A stretch of DNA of 62,572 nucleotides, filler included, from Squatina squatina (Eukaryota): assembly GCA_031763465.1 (NCBI GenBank). It is 4 parts of 4 records of this genome, joined end to end, with 100 filler letters (N's around TTAATTAATTAA, not from the genome) between each part and the next. Parts side by side here need not be neighbours in the genome. Positions count along the whole stretch, not along the records: positions 1 to 22,691 come from JARFOE010000016.1; 3 more parts are not named here. One strand, 5' to 3'. Numbering within the stretch: the stretch's first letter is position 1; each line of letters opens with the position of its first letter. Below the pieces are notes generated by a model. That model saw only the letters and a list, made by a program, of their open reading frames with translations. It did no database searches and had not been told where the DNA came from. Positions 1 through 12,379 of this stretch are shown here, piece by piece. Made by a program: the position numbers and the translations under genes.

Positions 1-556
1 AGATCTATAATCAAATCAATTGGCGGGATAAACGCACCAACGTCAGCGTCCCTCTCTCAGGCCAACGTCCCCAGCATCGAGGCACTGGTCCCGCTCACCC
101 AACTGCGATGGGCCGGTCACATCGTCCGCATGCCTGATTCAAGACTCCTGAAATAGGCACTAATCTCTGAAACTCAGTCATGGGAAACGTCTCCGAGGAG
201 GGCAGGGGAAACGCTACCAGGACGTCCTCAAGGCCTCCTTGAAAAAAATGCAACATCCCCACCAACACCTGGGAATCCGTGGCCCAAGACCGCCCGCAAT
301 GGAGAAGAAACATCCGTGAAGGCGCCAACCATTTCGAGTCTCTCTGGCGGGAGCACATGGAGGCCAAGCACAGGCTGTGGAAGGAGCACGCAGCAACATG
401 AGCAACCCAGCCGCTCACCTCATCAAGCACTACCTGCACCACCTGCGGCCGTGTTTGCGGATCCCAATCGGACTTTTCAGCCACCTCAGAACCCACAACC
501 CCGGAATGGAAGCAAGTCATCCTCGTACCCGAGGGACTGCCTAAGAGAGAGAGAGA
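1..556 (+). mobile_element. RTE-clade LINE 3' end (degenerate RT C-terminus, zinc finger, 3' tail)
   Basis: Translates (with a stop and frameshifts) QLRWAGHIVRMPDSRL...ASLKKCNIPTNTWESVAQDRPQWRR and CTTCGRVCGSQ.GLFSHLRTH; ends in a stem-loop and a GA microsatellite tail. Confidence 0.8.
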
Positions 557-644
557 TTATCAGCTGAAATATAGACAGGAAGTGGGTAGGAATCTTTTGA
601 TTACGGCGCACGTTGGTTCAGGTTAGGTATTTATGCAAGTTATA

Positions 645-708
645 TTACAACAGTGTCTACATTTCAAAGTACTTCATTGGCTGTAAAGGTCGTGAGAGGT
701 GCTATATA
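645..708 (+). mobile_element. Deu-SINE/L2-type 3' tail fragment
   Basis: TTACAACAG...TTCAAAGTACTTCATTGGCTGTAAAG...GGTGCTATATA resembles the chondrichthyan SacSINE1/L2 tail; an inverted copy lies at 1431-1550. Confidence 0.65.
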
Positions 709-769
709 TATATGCTATTTTATTTATTTATTTTTCTTTCTAAATATTTTCTTATTCTCACCCCTCTTT

Positions 770-1100
770 TCATCTCCTGAGGGCACTGACCCCACTGTCA
801 GGATATGGTCCCTTAGGCAGTAGCCATTCTTCATATGTGACTCTTGAAGGTGAGTGCCAGCAAGCTATTTGACCACAGGGGCATCACAGCAGAGCCTGAT
901 CCTGTGCTCATCCAGTATCTGCACAAGCACACTACCAGCAGGACGCCACGACTTGTCTTCTCCCTAGCCCATGGGCTTTGAGACCAATTATAATGTCTGC
1001 GATTAGTTACTTCAGCACAGACCAGGGAGTCAACCCAGGATCTTCCTCGCCTGTATGATTCAACTACTCACTGGATAAACCTGTTGAGCCATCAGTGGAG
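770..1100 (-). mobile_element. tRNA-derived SINE, old copy
   Basis: Minus strand starts with A-box-like TGGCTCAACAGG and B-box-like GGGTTGACTCCC; the body recurs at ~9210-9600 and ~61900-62100. Confidence 0.55.
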
Positions 1101-1430
1101 TGCAAGTTAGATTTGAAATAATCTCATGCAGAATTCATTCATTTTCTGTATTAAAAAAAGAAAATCATTAATTTGTGAAAGAGGAAGGTCAGAGTACTTT
1201 ATATTATACCTTAATGGAGGAATTCTCCATTTACTTGACTTTGAAGCTTCTCATGAATCTCCATAACAGGTTTTCAGGCCAGAAAACACCTACGTAGAGA
1301 GTAGATTGGATGGTTCCATTAAGCTGAGTGTTATCAGCATCCTTCCCACTCCTGAATGCAAATATTGGTGTTGACGTGCATATGTAAAGGGACTGAGTCG
1401 CAGCCCCTGACTGAAAGGAAGAATGACATC

Positions 1431-1550
1431 TATATAGCGCCTTTCACCACCTCGTGATGTCCCAAAGTGCTTTACAGGCAATTAAGTTCTTTTGAAGTGT
1501 AGTCTCTGTTGTAATGTAAGGAATGCAGCAGCCACTTTGTGCACAGCAAG
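1431..1550 (-). mobile_element. Deu-SINE 3' portion
   Basis: Reverse complement reads ...TTACAACAGAGACTACACTTCAAAAG...TGTAAAGCACTTTGGGACATC...GAAAGGCGCTATATA. Confidence 0.7.
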
Positions 1551-1866
1551 CGACAGTGTTGTGGTCAGCTGTGTTCAGGTGTCGGAAGGAAGCCAATCTC
1601 AGTTCAGTAGCAGCTGTTCTGTGACCCATCCATCTGATACGTTATCAAAGCCAGTCATTTCAATCTGGAACCCCTGACCTTGTGGGCCTTCATTAAGACA
1701 GTTCCTGCACCGGATAAATTCAGTGCATATCTCCTCACTTTCAAAACATTTTATGTTTATGACTTTTATGGAATACGCAATGGTTAACTGGTAAATGCAA
1801 AATTTATCCAACGCTTTTAAATGGTACAACTTAATTTCAAAAAGGTGTTACTGTTTTAACTTCTAG

Positions 1867-2022
1867 AAAGGAGGAGATACCAAGAGGCAAGGATTAATCG
1901 TGCTGGACCCAAAGAGGAGTAATGCGATTAACATTGGTCTTACAGTATTGCCACCAGTACATATCATCAAGAATGCCATCCTCAACTTCGATGAATATGC
2001 AATCAACAAAGAAGGCATTGAG
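1867..2022 (+). CDS. FHOD1: FHOD1 exon (FH2 domain)
   Basis: ttctag|...|gtaagg, 156 nt; [52 protein letters not shown], the FHOD-family FH2 signature. Confidence 0.93.
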
Positions 2023-4293
2023 GTAAGGAATCCAAACTTGAAACTGAAAGCTCAGGTTAGTGTGTGTACGTGGAGTTAGAAAAAGGACAAGAACAACAAA
2101 ATAATTAGGTTATAATGGTTGTTTGCTACACTTAGTTCCCCCCCTCCCCAACCCCGTCCCAATGTTGTCATGTACCAGTCAATACTTCGAGTGACGTTTT
2201 AAATGGACATACAAAATTGATGAGCAGTTNNNNNNNNNNNNNNNNNNNNNNNNNNNNNNNNNNNNNNNNNNNNNNNNNNNNNNNNNNNNNNNNNNNNNNN
2301 NNNNNNNNNNNNNNNNNNNNNNNNNNNNNNNNNNNNNNNNNNNNNNNNNNNNNNNNNNNNNNNNNNNNNNNNNNNNNNNNNNNNNNNNNNNNNNNNNNNN
2401 NNNNNNNNNNNNNNNNNNNNNNNNNNNNNNNNNNNNNNNNNNNNNNNNNNNNNNNNNNNNNNNNNNNNNNNNNNNNNNNNNNNNNNNNNNNNNNNNNNNN
2501 NNNNNNNNNNNNNNNNNNNNNNNNNNNNNNNNNNNNNNNNNNNNNNNNNNNNNNNNNNNNNNNNNNNNNNNNNNNNNNNNNNNNNNNNNNNNNNNNNNNN
2601 NNNNNNNNNNNNNNNNAGACGTCTTCTGGTGTAATTGAACTTTAAGCCCAGATTTCCTGCCATGTGGTTGCCCCAACCTTCTATTCCTAAATAAACAAAA
2701 GAGGATAATAGTGGCATTAAATTCGAATCAGTAGTTATATTTTTATTTAACTTGCTGTATTTAAAGTACTTAACATTGATTCCTACAAATTGGTGCTTAT
2801 ATTAAACAATCTACTGCAAACTGGCAACCTGTTTTTGGTTGATGCAAAATTTAGTAATCTAAGCAATAGGATAAATCCTTTTGCTTCAGTAGCCTTTTAT
2901 CATCAATTACATAGTGCTAAATGGAAGTGAAAAAATTCAGAGTAACTTGTGCGCTTCTGTGCAAACCAAGGAAAACTGGGACTGCCGATCAGAATATTGG
3001 GAGTGGACGAAAGCACACCATTACACACCATACCCACCCTTGTCTGTATGCACTGGCAGTGCAGGATATCGCAAAATTTATCCTCAAATGCAAATGTAGT
3101 GGACAACAAGTTGTTGACTCTTTAGTTGAGAATAGCTTTTATACAGCATGTTGGAGTCCCCTCTCTAGTGTTGAAACTAGCCAGGAATAGCTGCAGTCAT
3201 TTTGTCTATTCATTATATGCTTAGCCACTCTTTGAAGTAGCTTTCACCACCAAAGTGGTAGATTTTTTGAAAAGTAATATCTCCCCAGTTTATATTGTAT
3301 TGTCAAATGTTACAAATCTGGACCTTCAGTTTTATTGGCCAGTTTACAACCCCATCCCTCTCCTTTTACACTTCAGTATTGTTCATGTAAATGTGCTGTT
3401 GTATAGGAAAGCATCTGATTACAGGGAAGTTCCTAGTGTTAACTGTGCGAATCATATTCCAGTAGAACAGGTCATTTCAAATGCAGTGAGCAACAATGCA
3501 GCTGAAATTGCGATTCCCCCTCGGGTGGGTACGATGCGTCTGCCCACAGATCCGGAACTTGCAATCTGTCAAGATTCTCTTGACAGATCATCCGCTTCTG
3601 CTGGAAAAGAGATTTCCAGAGCAGAGATTTGCGACATTTTGTCAACTCCTGCCCTTGGAAATCTCTCAACTTTTTTACGCAAGGTAAAACCAAGCGTACA
3701 TGCTTGGTTTTATTAGCATAAGAGTTTTTTAAATGTAAAAATCAAAAACATCAATGGTACATTACTTTGAAACCATTCCCATTAAGCTAAGTACGTTTTT
3801 AAACATTTAAATTAAAAATTTTTTTTTTTTTTTAAAAGAAATGTTTCTATTATTTCTCATTTAGAGATTCTTGGAGGGACAAGTGATGGTGACCTTCTAG
3901 AAGTAGTAATTAATTTGCATTCATCTACACCTATGCTTACAATACCCCAAAAGCTAACACTAATATCTTCTGTAAATATAATTTATATACACAATTCATA
4001 GACTATTGAGTTGGGGAGGAAGTCCAACTTGATACACTGTAAATCCAATGAGAATTTTATTCTGAGGTTTGTTTTAAAAAACGTTCTTTAAAATTAGCAG
4101 GGATTCATTTCAGAGATAAAAATATGCATGTTTGCAATACAATACTTCAATATTGAAAAACCAAAACCTACTATATCCAATAAATTGAAGGGCGACATTT
4201 TCAAACTTTTAGTCAACGTATCAAATGATTGTGCTGTTTGTAATTTCCCTGGATAACCACAACCCCCACCCCACCCCTCTTGTTTTCCAACAG

Positions 4294-4476
4294 AAAATCT
4301 TGACCATGGTCCCCACAGACGAGGAAAAACAGAAGATCCAAGAAGCTCAACTCGCAAATCCTGGTGTTCCCCTGGGTACAGCCGAGCAGTTCCTTTTAAC
4401 CTTGTCCTCAATCAATGGGATCACAGCCAGGCTGCAGCTCTGGGCTTTTAAACTAGATTACGAGTTCATGGAAAAG
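4294..4476 (+). CDS. FHOD1: FHOD1 exon (FH2 domain)
   Basis: caacag|...|gtgtga, 183 nt; [61 protein letters not shown]. Confidence 0.93.
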
Positions 4477-5115
4477 GTGTGAAGAGTCTTTGTGATGCAT
4501 CGCTATGGAATGTTACAGTTTTTAAAAGAAAAATAATCTCAAATATAACAACTGGATTTTCTACAAGGTGTACAAGGATTTTGTGCGATGTGTAGAATTG
4601 GAAATCATTTAATTGGGGAAGACCATAAATATAGAGATTCATAGTTAACAGCATGTAAAATGAAATACAATTCAACTTCCCCACTGCGTAATTAGCAACA
4701 GTGAAGGAAATCCAAATGTTGGTGTGTTTGAGATGGTTAGGCAGATAATGGGCAATTAGTGTAATTCTAGATGCTTAAACAGGGATGTTGTTTCCTTTAC
4801 TTGCAGTTTAAGAGAAACATTGAAATATTTGAATTGACGTGCATGTGGTCGTTAGTGATGGTCCATAAAATACATTACTGAACATGATGATCTTTGATCT
4901 GCTAATTGGATATGCAACTTTAAAGTTTATGGCTGGCAGGCTTCTGCTTTTAGTAAGATAGCATAATTCAAAAAGATTGTGAATCTATCCATTTGCTAAA
5001 TGTAAATCCTTTCAAATGTTTCAGATTGTATATTTAATACTTCAAAATTGGCTCCAAAGAGAAGGTTTGCACATATACTTCTAAAATCTAATTTTTAACT
5101 TTTGTTTTGTTGCAG

Positions 5116-5235
5116 GAAATAGCAGAACCATTGTTTGATTTAAAGCTCGGGATGGAGCAGCTTGCAAAGAATAAAACCTTTAAATCGCTTTTGGCAACTC
5201 TACTGGCAATTGGAAATTTTCTGAACAATTCTAGT
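5116..5235 (+). CDS. FHOD1: FHOD1 exon (FH2 domain)
   Basis: ttgcag|...|gtaagg, 120 nt; [40 protein letters not shown] (formin GNxMN-type motif). Confidence 0.93.
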
Positions 5236-5329
5236 GTAAGGAACCATTCTCGTTTCATAGTGATGGGATTGCTGTTTGAAACCCTCACATGATTGAAGTT
5301 TACATGCAAGGGTTTTGTTTCCCCACTAG

Positions 5330-5419
5330 GCCAAAGGATTTGAACTGAGTTATCTGGAGAAAGTGTCTGAGGTGAAAGATACCATTCAGAGGCAATCTTT
5401 GCTGTATCATACGTGTAAC
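5330..5419 (+). CDS. FHOD1: FHOD1 exon, 3' end lost in gap
   Basis: cactag|[30 protein letters not shown]; follows a 94-nt intron; truncated by Ns. Confidence 0.9.
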
Positions 5420-6659
5420 NNNNNNNNNNNNNNNNNNNNNNNNNNNNNNNNNNNNNNNNNNNNNNNNNNNNNNNNNNNNNNNNNNNNNNNNNNNNNNNNN
5501 NNNNNNNNNNNNNNNNNNNNNNNNNNNNNNNNNNNNNNNNNNNNNNNNNNNNNNNNNNNNNNNNNNNNNNNNNNNNNNNNNNNNNNNNNNNNNNNNNNNN
5601 NNNNNNNNNNNNNNNNNNNNNNNNNNNNNNNNNNNNNNNNNNNNNNNNNNNNNNNNNNNNNNNNNNNNNNNNNNNNNNNNNNNNNNNNNNNNNNNNNNNN
5701 NNNNNNNNNNNNNNNNNNNNNNNNNNNNNNNNNNNNNNNNNNNNNNNNNNNNNNNNNNNNNNNNNNNNNNNNNNNNNNNNNNNNNNNNNNNNNNNNNNNN
5801 NNNNNNNNNNNNNNNNNNNNNNNNNNNNNNNNNNNNNNNNNNNNNNNNNNNNNNNNNNNNNNNNNNNNNNNNNNNNNNNNNNNNNNNNNNNNNNNNNNNN
5901 NNNNNNNNNNNNNNNNNNNNNNNNNNNNNNNNNNNNNNNNNNNNNNNNNNNNNNNNNNNNNNNNNNNNNNNNNNNNNNNNNNNNNNNNNNNNNNNNNNNN
6001 NNNNNNNNNNNNNNNNNNNNNNNNNNNNNNNNNNNNNNNNNNNNNNNNNNNNNNNNNNNNNNNNNNNNNNNNNNNNNNNNNNNNNNNNNNNNNNNNNNNN
6101 NNNNNNNNNNNNNNNNNNNNNNNNNNNNNNNNNNNNNNNNNNNNNNNNNNNNNNNNNNNNNNNNNNNNNNNNNNNNNNNNNNNNNNNNNNNNNNNNNNNN
6201 NNNNNNNNNNNNNNNNNNNNNNNNNNNNNNNNNNNNNNNNNNNNNNNNNNNNNNNNNNNNNNNNNNNNNNNNNNNNNNNNNNNNNNNNNNNNNNNNNNNN
6301 NNNNNNNNNNNNNNNNNNNNNNNNNNNNNNNNNNNNNNNNNNNNNNNNNNNNNNNNNNNNNNNNNNNNNNNNNNNNNNNNNNNNNNNNNNNNNNNNNNNN
6401 NNNNNNNNNNNNNNNNNNGTGCAGAGGGACAGCTTGAACAGTATTAAATCTTTCTCCGTTTACAGCAATGATATCATTTAATAAATCTAATGGAGAGTCC
6501 TTCTGACTAATGGGCCACATTTGATGGTAGTTGCTGCAATTTGCAACTTGTGCTACCGATTTATGTTCCAATTCTGCAATAAAATACATGAATTTGATTT
6601 GTGATGGGAAGCTGTTCCCAGGCTGCTCGCCTCACACGCCCTCTTGTCTGTGTTCACAG

Positions 6660-6850
6660 ATTGACTTTGATCAATTGGCAGAAAGCCTTGTTCAGCTGGA
6701 GAGAAAATGCAAAGCTTCATGGGATCACCTGAAGGTTATAGCGAAGCATGAAACAAAGCCCGTTTTAAAAAATAAAATGACTGAATTTCTGAAGGACAGC
6801 ACAGAAAGGATCATAATCCTCAAAGTGGTACATCGTAGAATTATAAACAG
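6660..6850 (+). CDS. FHOD1: FHOD1 exon (FH2 domain)
   Basis: tcacag|...|gtcaga, 191 nt; IDFDQLAESLVQLERKCKASWDHLKVIAKHETKPVLKNKMTEFLKDSTERIIILKVVHRRIINR. Confidence 0.93.
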
Positions 6851-8164
6851 GTCAGACTTCATTCTCAAGGTTCTGCATTCCTGCTAGGATTTATAAGATC
6901 AAAAAAAAAGTGTATTGGTGAGAATCCTGTTCAAAATGAAAACATATTCTATTGACTCTTTTGCCTTACGATCCATGTTGATTTGCCTTTGAAGGTCAAT
7001 GTTTTATCACCAAATCGCTTACGTTAAACACTGACATAATAAATATTTTTGGTGAATCAGAGAGGATTAATATTTGGTGCTTAAGCTCTGTAAGAATTAA
7101 CTTCATAATGGTTACTTATCTCAGTAACGGAGAATGCCTGCAATGTAAGAATCTCTTTGTCTGCCTTTTNNNNNNNNNNNNNNNNNNNNNNNNNNNNNNN
7201 NNNNNNNNNNNNNNNNNNNNNNNNNNNNNNNNNNNNNNNNNNNNNNNNNNNNNNNNNNNNNNNNNNNNNTGTCAGTGTGTTCCCGAGAGACATGATTTAA
7301 TCTAGCACTGACATTGTCTGCGCAGTAATTCCTTTCCTCCCTACCATGATCTGTACTTTGCCCAAAGCGAATGCTTTCAGCTCTGGGACTTGACTTTGCA
7401 TCCGGACCTGATTGATGAGAAAACCTGCTTAGACTTCATCCTTTAAAAGCAGCTGCTGTAAATGGAACCGCAGTCTTTCTAAACTGAAGCAATCACTTGC
7501 GATAGATTTTTAAAAAAAGATATTAATTTGGTTTGCTAGACTCAGAATAAAGAGATACTGCAGCATTTGTTGCTATCTACTGTGCTTCAAATGGAAAGGT
7601 TTAGCATCGACATTATCACTTGAGGGATCTTTTCCATTTTGGAGAAGTTAATTTAGCTACCAGTAACTGGAATTAATTGAACCACAGCTGACAAGTTCTA
7701 TGAAAGTTTTGTAATCAAATGGCAATTGAAAGGAGTGAATGTGCAATGCGGGAGGCTGATGTATGCAGGTGTTCTGTTTCTAAGGGCTTTGGCCTCCTGG
7801 TCTGTATGAGGTCATCTTTTTAAGTCCCCAAGTACCACTGACATTCTGGATGTGCACTGGGGAGGTCTGCATAGTAGCTTGGCACTGTAGATCAAAGCCA
7901 GCTTCTTTTCTACAGTACCAACTGTTGTGTTAAACCTCTCTCCTTTGCCCTCTCCACCCTCACCTCCAATAACAAATGCAAGGAGCTCATGGATCTCTTT
8001 TTGTAACTAAGGGTGAGAACATCTATTTAGTTGCCTCTTCTGCTTTCCCCACCACCCCTTCCCCTTTTTCACCAAGCCAAATCTCCGCACAGGCTTCCCT
8101 CTGCCCTAGCCTAAACTTGTATCTCTCTCGATTTTCTCTCCCATCTCCTCTTATGCATGGCTAT

Positions 8165-8514
8165 TAAAAATGAGTTAAACTGTCTGCACAGCAATGTCCG
8201 AAATAAAGCAGGGGAACTGGAGACAATGATATGTTGTGAGGAACCAGGTATAGTAGGGATTACTGAGACATGGCTGCAGAAAAATCGGGACTGGGATTTA
8301 AACATTGCAGGTATAACATGTTTAGAAAAGATAGAGTGGGGAAAACGGGGAGGTGGAGTACCTCTACTTATTAGGGATAACATAATGGTTGTGGAAAAAA
8401 GTGACCCAGCTATCAGCAAGAGAAAAATGTGGATAGAGATAAAAGATAATAAAAGATCAATCAGACTAATAGATGTAGTCTACAGACCACCTAATAATGG
8501 AAGGGAAGTGGAGG
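8165..8514 (+). mobile_element. CR1 LINE APE endonuclease fragment
   Basis: NVRNKAGELE...IVGITETWL...GGGVPLLIRD...VVYRPPN are APE endonuclease motifs. Confidence 0.85.
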
Positions 8515-8737
8515 NNNNNNNNNNNNNNNNNNNNNNNNNNNNNNNNNNNNNNNNNNNNNNNNNNNNNNNNNNNNNNNNNNNNNNNNNNNNNNNNNNNNNN
8601 NNNNNNNNNNNNNNTTGCATATCAGGAAGAGACCAAAACATTTTGGCCTTGATAAGCACAAACAAAACCATTTTATGTTGAAAATCAGCAAGTTAACCAT
8701 CTAACCGAGCCATGTTTCTCATTGCAAATTATTGCAG

Positions 8738-8891
8738 ACAGCAAAGTTCTCTACCGCAGCTGGGAGTGCTGAGAGTAGCCGAGCTCCTGAAACTCCAGAT
8801 CACCAGCTTCAAGCAGATGAGGAGCACGAAAACATGAAAAATGTTTTGACTATACCAGAGCCACAGACTCGAAGGAGCCGAGGCAACAGAT
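8738..8891 (+). CDS. FHOD1: FHOD1 exon (post-FH2 linker)
   Basis: ttgcag|...|gtgagc, 154 nt; TAKFSTAAG...QADEEHENMKNVL...RRSRGNR; phase-1 end matches the next exon. Confidence 0.85.
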
Positions 8892-9209
8892 GTGAGCTCC
8901 TTTTCTTTTCATTGGGAGTGGATCACTCCATGCTGTTTTTTTTCTAGCATGTCTAGCCTGAGCATTTCAGCATTCTGCACATCTTGGACTGTATAAATCC
9001 AACACAAGTAGGCTTAGGGTTACCAACTTTGTGTGAATGTAGGTGAAATTCTCTCCAACCTTCTGTCTTTAGACCACCTTCATCAGAGTTTATTTCAGGA
9101 TTTATTACTGTTCTATTGCATCTTATTTGGTTCTGCATGAAACAGTTTTACATCCTATGGGGTTTACATCTGTAGAATTTAGTTAAACACTATGCAAGTA
9201 ACTATAGAA

Positions 9210-9600
9210 TCATTCCCTTCCTCGCCTGATAGTACTGGTCCATGCTGAGGCAACAATCCATAGCCACTGGTCACCCTCCAGTATCATGTCCATTTGCCAT
9301 TTTTCTTCATTTGTGAGTAAAGATGGAGATTTGACTGTGGTGGGCATCAAAGCCAAACTAGATCTTGCCCTCATCTGATATTCATAAATATGTACTTTCC
9401 TAACATGGATCCCTGTACAGTGATCAGCAGCAGGAACCTTGGCTGATTATTTTTATTTTCCCTAGCACAGGAGCCCTGAGACCAACACTTGCTCCCTACT
9501 GCCACTATGGCTCAGATTTGCTAATTCTATGCATGAAAAATGAAACCACCTTATTTTCAGTCAGCTCAATATTGGGCATTGCACTTCCCACCTGATCCAT
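9210..9600 (-). mobile_element. Diverged copy of the SINE family at 770-1100
   Basis: Shared blocks GGGCATCA..GC...CT.GATC.TG.CCTCATC and CCCTAGC.CA.G...TGAGACCAA; boundaries approximate. Confidence 0.45.
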
Positions 9601-10021
9601 TGCAGGGGTTCCCTGTAGATGTTTGCGAGCAGGACCTTTGCTGATCGGTTTTCGGCCAATTATTCTACAAAAATTCTGGTTAAGTTGTAATCATCCTTTG
9701 ACTGTACAGGGCAAAGAAAGGCTCAGGGTGTCTATGAATTGATAGTATTGCTTTAAAAAAAAGTCCACAAAGACTTGACACTAGTAATATTTATTACTGA
9801 TGATTGTAAAGGGATGAGAATCTAGTTTGTGTACACCAGATGTACCAGTTTACACATACTTGCAAATAGAGCACACAACTACTACGAGCACACCCAGATT
9901 AGTGGAAGTATACTTTTGCCATCTCTTTGATCACAATATGCACGACAAAAGTCCGCATCTCCAGTACAGTAGTTGTTTTCACATGTTACCGATGTTTCTT
10001 TTTCCCTATTGGCTTTTGCAG

Positions 10022-10198
10022 CTATTGGAAGGGTCAGTCCACCAAATCCCTCTGTCCCTAAAGATGAAGTGGCAAGTCCAGCTGATGATGCTACTGATGA
10101 AATCATGGATCGCCTGGTAAAATCTGTCACACAGAATCCCAACCAGAGGCCATCTACCCCCAAGGAACGCAAGCGATCAAGAGCAAACAGGAAATCTT
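10022..10198 (+). CDS. FHOD1: FHOD1 exon containing the DAD autoregulatory motif
   Basis: ttgcag|...|gtaagt, 177 nt, phase 1-1; ...DDATDEIMDRLVKSVTQNPNQRPSTPKERKRSRANRKS. Confidence 0.93.
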
Positions 10199-11814
10199 GT
10201 AAGTATCTCTCATGATTGGGGAGTGGGGAGGGGGCGGTGGGGAGCAGTGGAAGAGAGATGAGTGATTGTGTTTTCTCAGGACTTTGTAAGGCTGGGAAAA
10301 TGAAGCAAATCTACTCTTGTGCAATTGATGCCTAGTAGGATAAGACTGTTTTCATCAGAATTCTGACTATATCTGGTAGAACAACCCAATGTAATAATGG
10401 TAATACTTCCACGTAAGCATTCTTGAACTCACAAATTATGCCATTTAAAAAAAAAATATCCCATATAGCAAAATTTAATTCTACATGCCGAAGGTTTTTT
10501 CTGCTGTTTTAAACAGTAAGAATCCCTTCTACTCTTGCCTATCCAAACATAGCCAGAACATCTCCAGCAATGGCTTCTTTTCCTGCCCCTGCTAATATTG
10601 TTTGGATCGGTATCCATCTATGTCTGATTATGCCTCTGTGAAATGCCTTGGGACATTTTTCTACAATAAAGGTGCTATATAAATGCGAGTTGTAAAAATG
10701 AAATTATTTGAGGCAAAATATTGTTTCTTAAAATCTAAGTGATGGATCGTGAAAAGTCACATATCTTGCTGTAAAGTCTGGTCCTAATTATCAGAGGTGT
10801 AATCTTTGTGTTGGTCAATTGGTGAGCAGAATTCTAGCTCAGATCAACAAAGNNNNNNNNNNNNNNNNNNNNNNNNNNNNNNNNNNNNNNNNNNNNNNNN
10901 NNNNNNNNNNNNNNNNNNNNNNNNNNNNNNNNNNNNNNNNNNNNNNNNNNNNNNNNNNNNNNNNNNNNNNNNNNNNNNNNNNNNNNNNNNNNNNNNNNNN
11001 NNNNNNNNNNNNNNNNNNNNNNNNNNNNNNNNNNNNNNNNNNNNNNNNNNNNNNNNNNNNNNNNNNNNNNNNNNNNNNNNNNNNNNNNNNNNNNNNNNNN
11101 NNNNNNNNNNNNNNNNNNNNNNNNNNNNNNNNNNNNNNNNNNNNNNNNNNNNNNNNNNNNNNNNNNNNNNNNNNNNNNNNNNNNNNNNNNNNNNNNNNNN
11201 NNNNNNNNNNNNNNNNNNNNNNNNNNNNNNNNNNNNNNNNNNNNNNNNNNNNNNNNNNNNNNNNNNNNNNNNNNNNNNNNNNNNNNNNNNNNNNNNNNNN
11301 NNNNNNNNNNNNNNNNNNNNNNNNNNNNNNNNNNNNNNNNNNNNNNNNNNNNNNNNNNNNNNNNNNNNNNNNNNNNNNNNNNNNNNNNNNNNNNNNNNNN
11401 NNNNNNNNNNNNNNNNNNNNNNNNNNNNNNNNNNNNNNNNNNNNNNNNNNNNNNNNNNNNNNNNNNNNNNNNNNNNNNNNNNNNNNNNNNNNNNNNNNNN
11501 NNNNNNNNNNNNNNNNNNNNNNNNNNNNNNNNNNNNNNNNNNNNNNNNNNNNNNNNNNNNNNNNNNNNNNNNNNNNNNNNNNNNNNNNNNNNNNNNNNNN
11601 NNNNNNNNNNNNNNNNNNNNNNNNNNNNNNNNNNNNNNNNNNNNNNNNNNNNNNNNNNNNNNNNNNNNNNNNNNNNNNNNNNNNNNNNNNNNNNNNNNNN
11701 NNNNNNNNNNNNNNNNNNNNNNNNNNNNNNNNNNNNNNNNNNNNNNNNNNNNNNNNNNNNNNNNNNNNNNNNNNNNNNNNNNNNNNNNNNNNNNNNNNNN
11801 NNNNNNNNNNNNNN

Positions 11815-12008
11815 TTCTCTACCCCAGAGGGCTGGCGATTCTGAGTCGTGGAGTATATTCAAGGCAGCGATCGATGCATTTTTGGACCCGAGGGGAATCA
11901 AAGGATACGGGGATCGGGCAGGTAAGTGGAATTGAGGTCGAAGATCAGCCATGATCTTATTGAATAGCGGAGTAGGCTCGAGGGATCATATAGCCGACTC
12001 CTGCTCCT
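11815..12008 (+). mobile_element. CR1 LINE 3' end
   Basis: TCTCTACCCCAGAGGGCTG...GATCAGCCATGATCTTATTGAAT.GCGGAG.AGGCTCGAGGGG...ACTCCTGCTCCT, the typical CR1 terminal sequence seen repeatedly in this window. Confidence 0.8.
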
Positions 12009-12379
12009 GATGGTGGCTGTTGGCAGGCAATTTGACCACGGGGAGCTTCACAGTCTTACGATCTGAATTGTGCACACATTTGCGCCGATGTCAGTGGGCA
12101 CAGTTGGATTGGGAGCTTTAACCAATTTTCCCCCTCGGGTCAGCCAGGAGCATGGTGGGTAGGGAGTTAACTGAAACCTGTAGCATGCTGCATAATGCAG
12201 CACTTCACTGCTTGGCCCAATATAATTAGGAGCTCTCGATATTAATACGGGGACACAGTACAAGTAGTGAGAGCGTAATAGCACCGCACGTGCCTTTATT
12301 TTGCACAGAACTGGGAGATCCTAAAGAGTGCAATAGAAAGAGAAGTGGAACAGGAAGGAGGGGGGGAAGAAAGGACACA

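Noticed and set aside
95-567. ORFs 95-520 (-) and 316-567 (+) as genes
   Set aside because: Alternative frames of the decayed RTE element.
2903-3190. Short ORFs in the FHOD1 intron
   Set aside because: Under 90 aa, no convincing splice pair, no recognisable homology.
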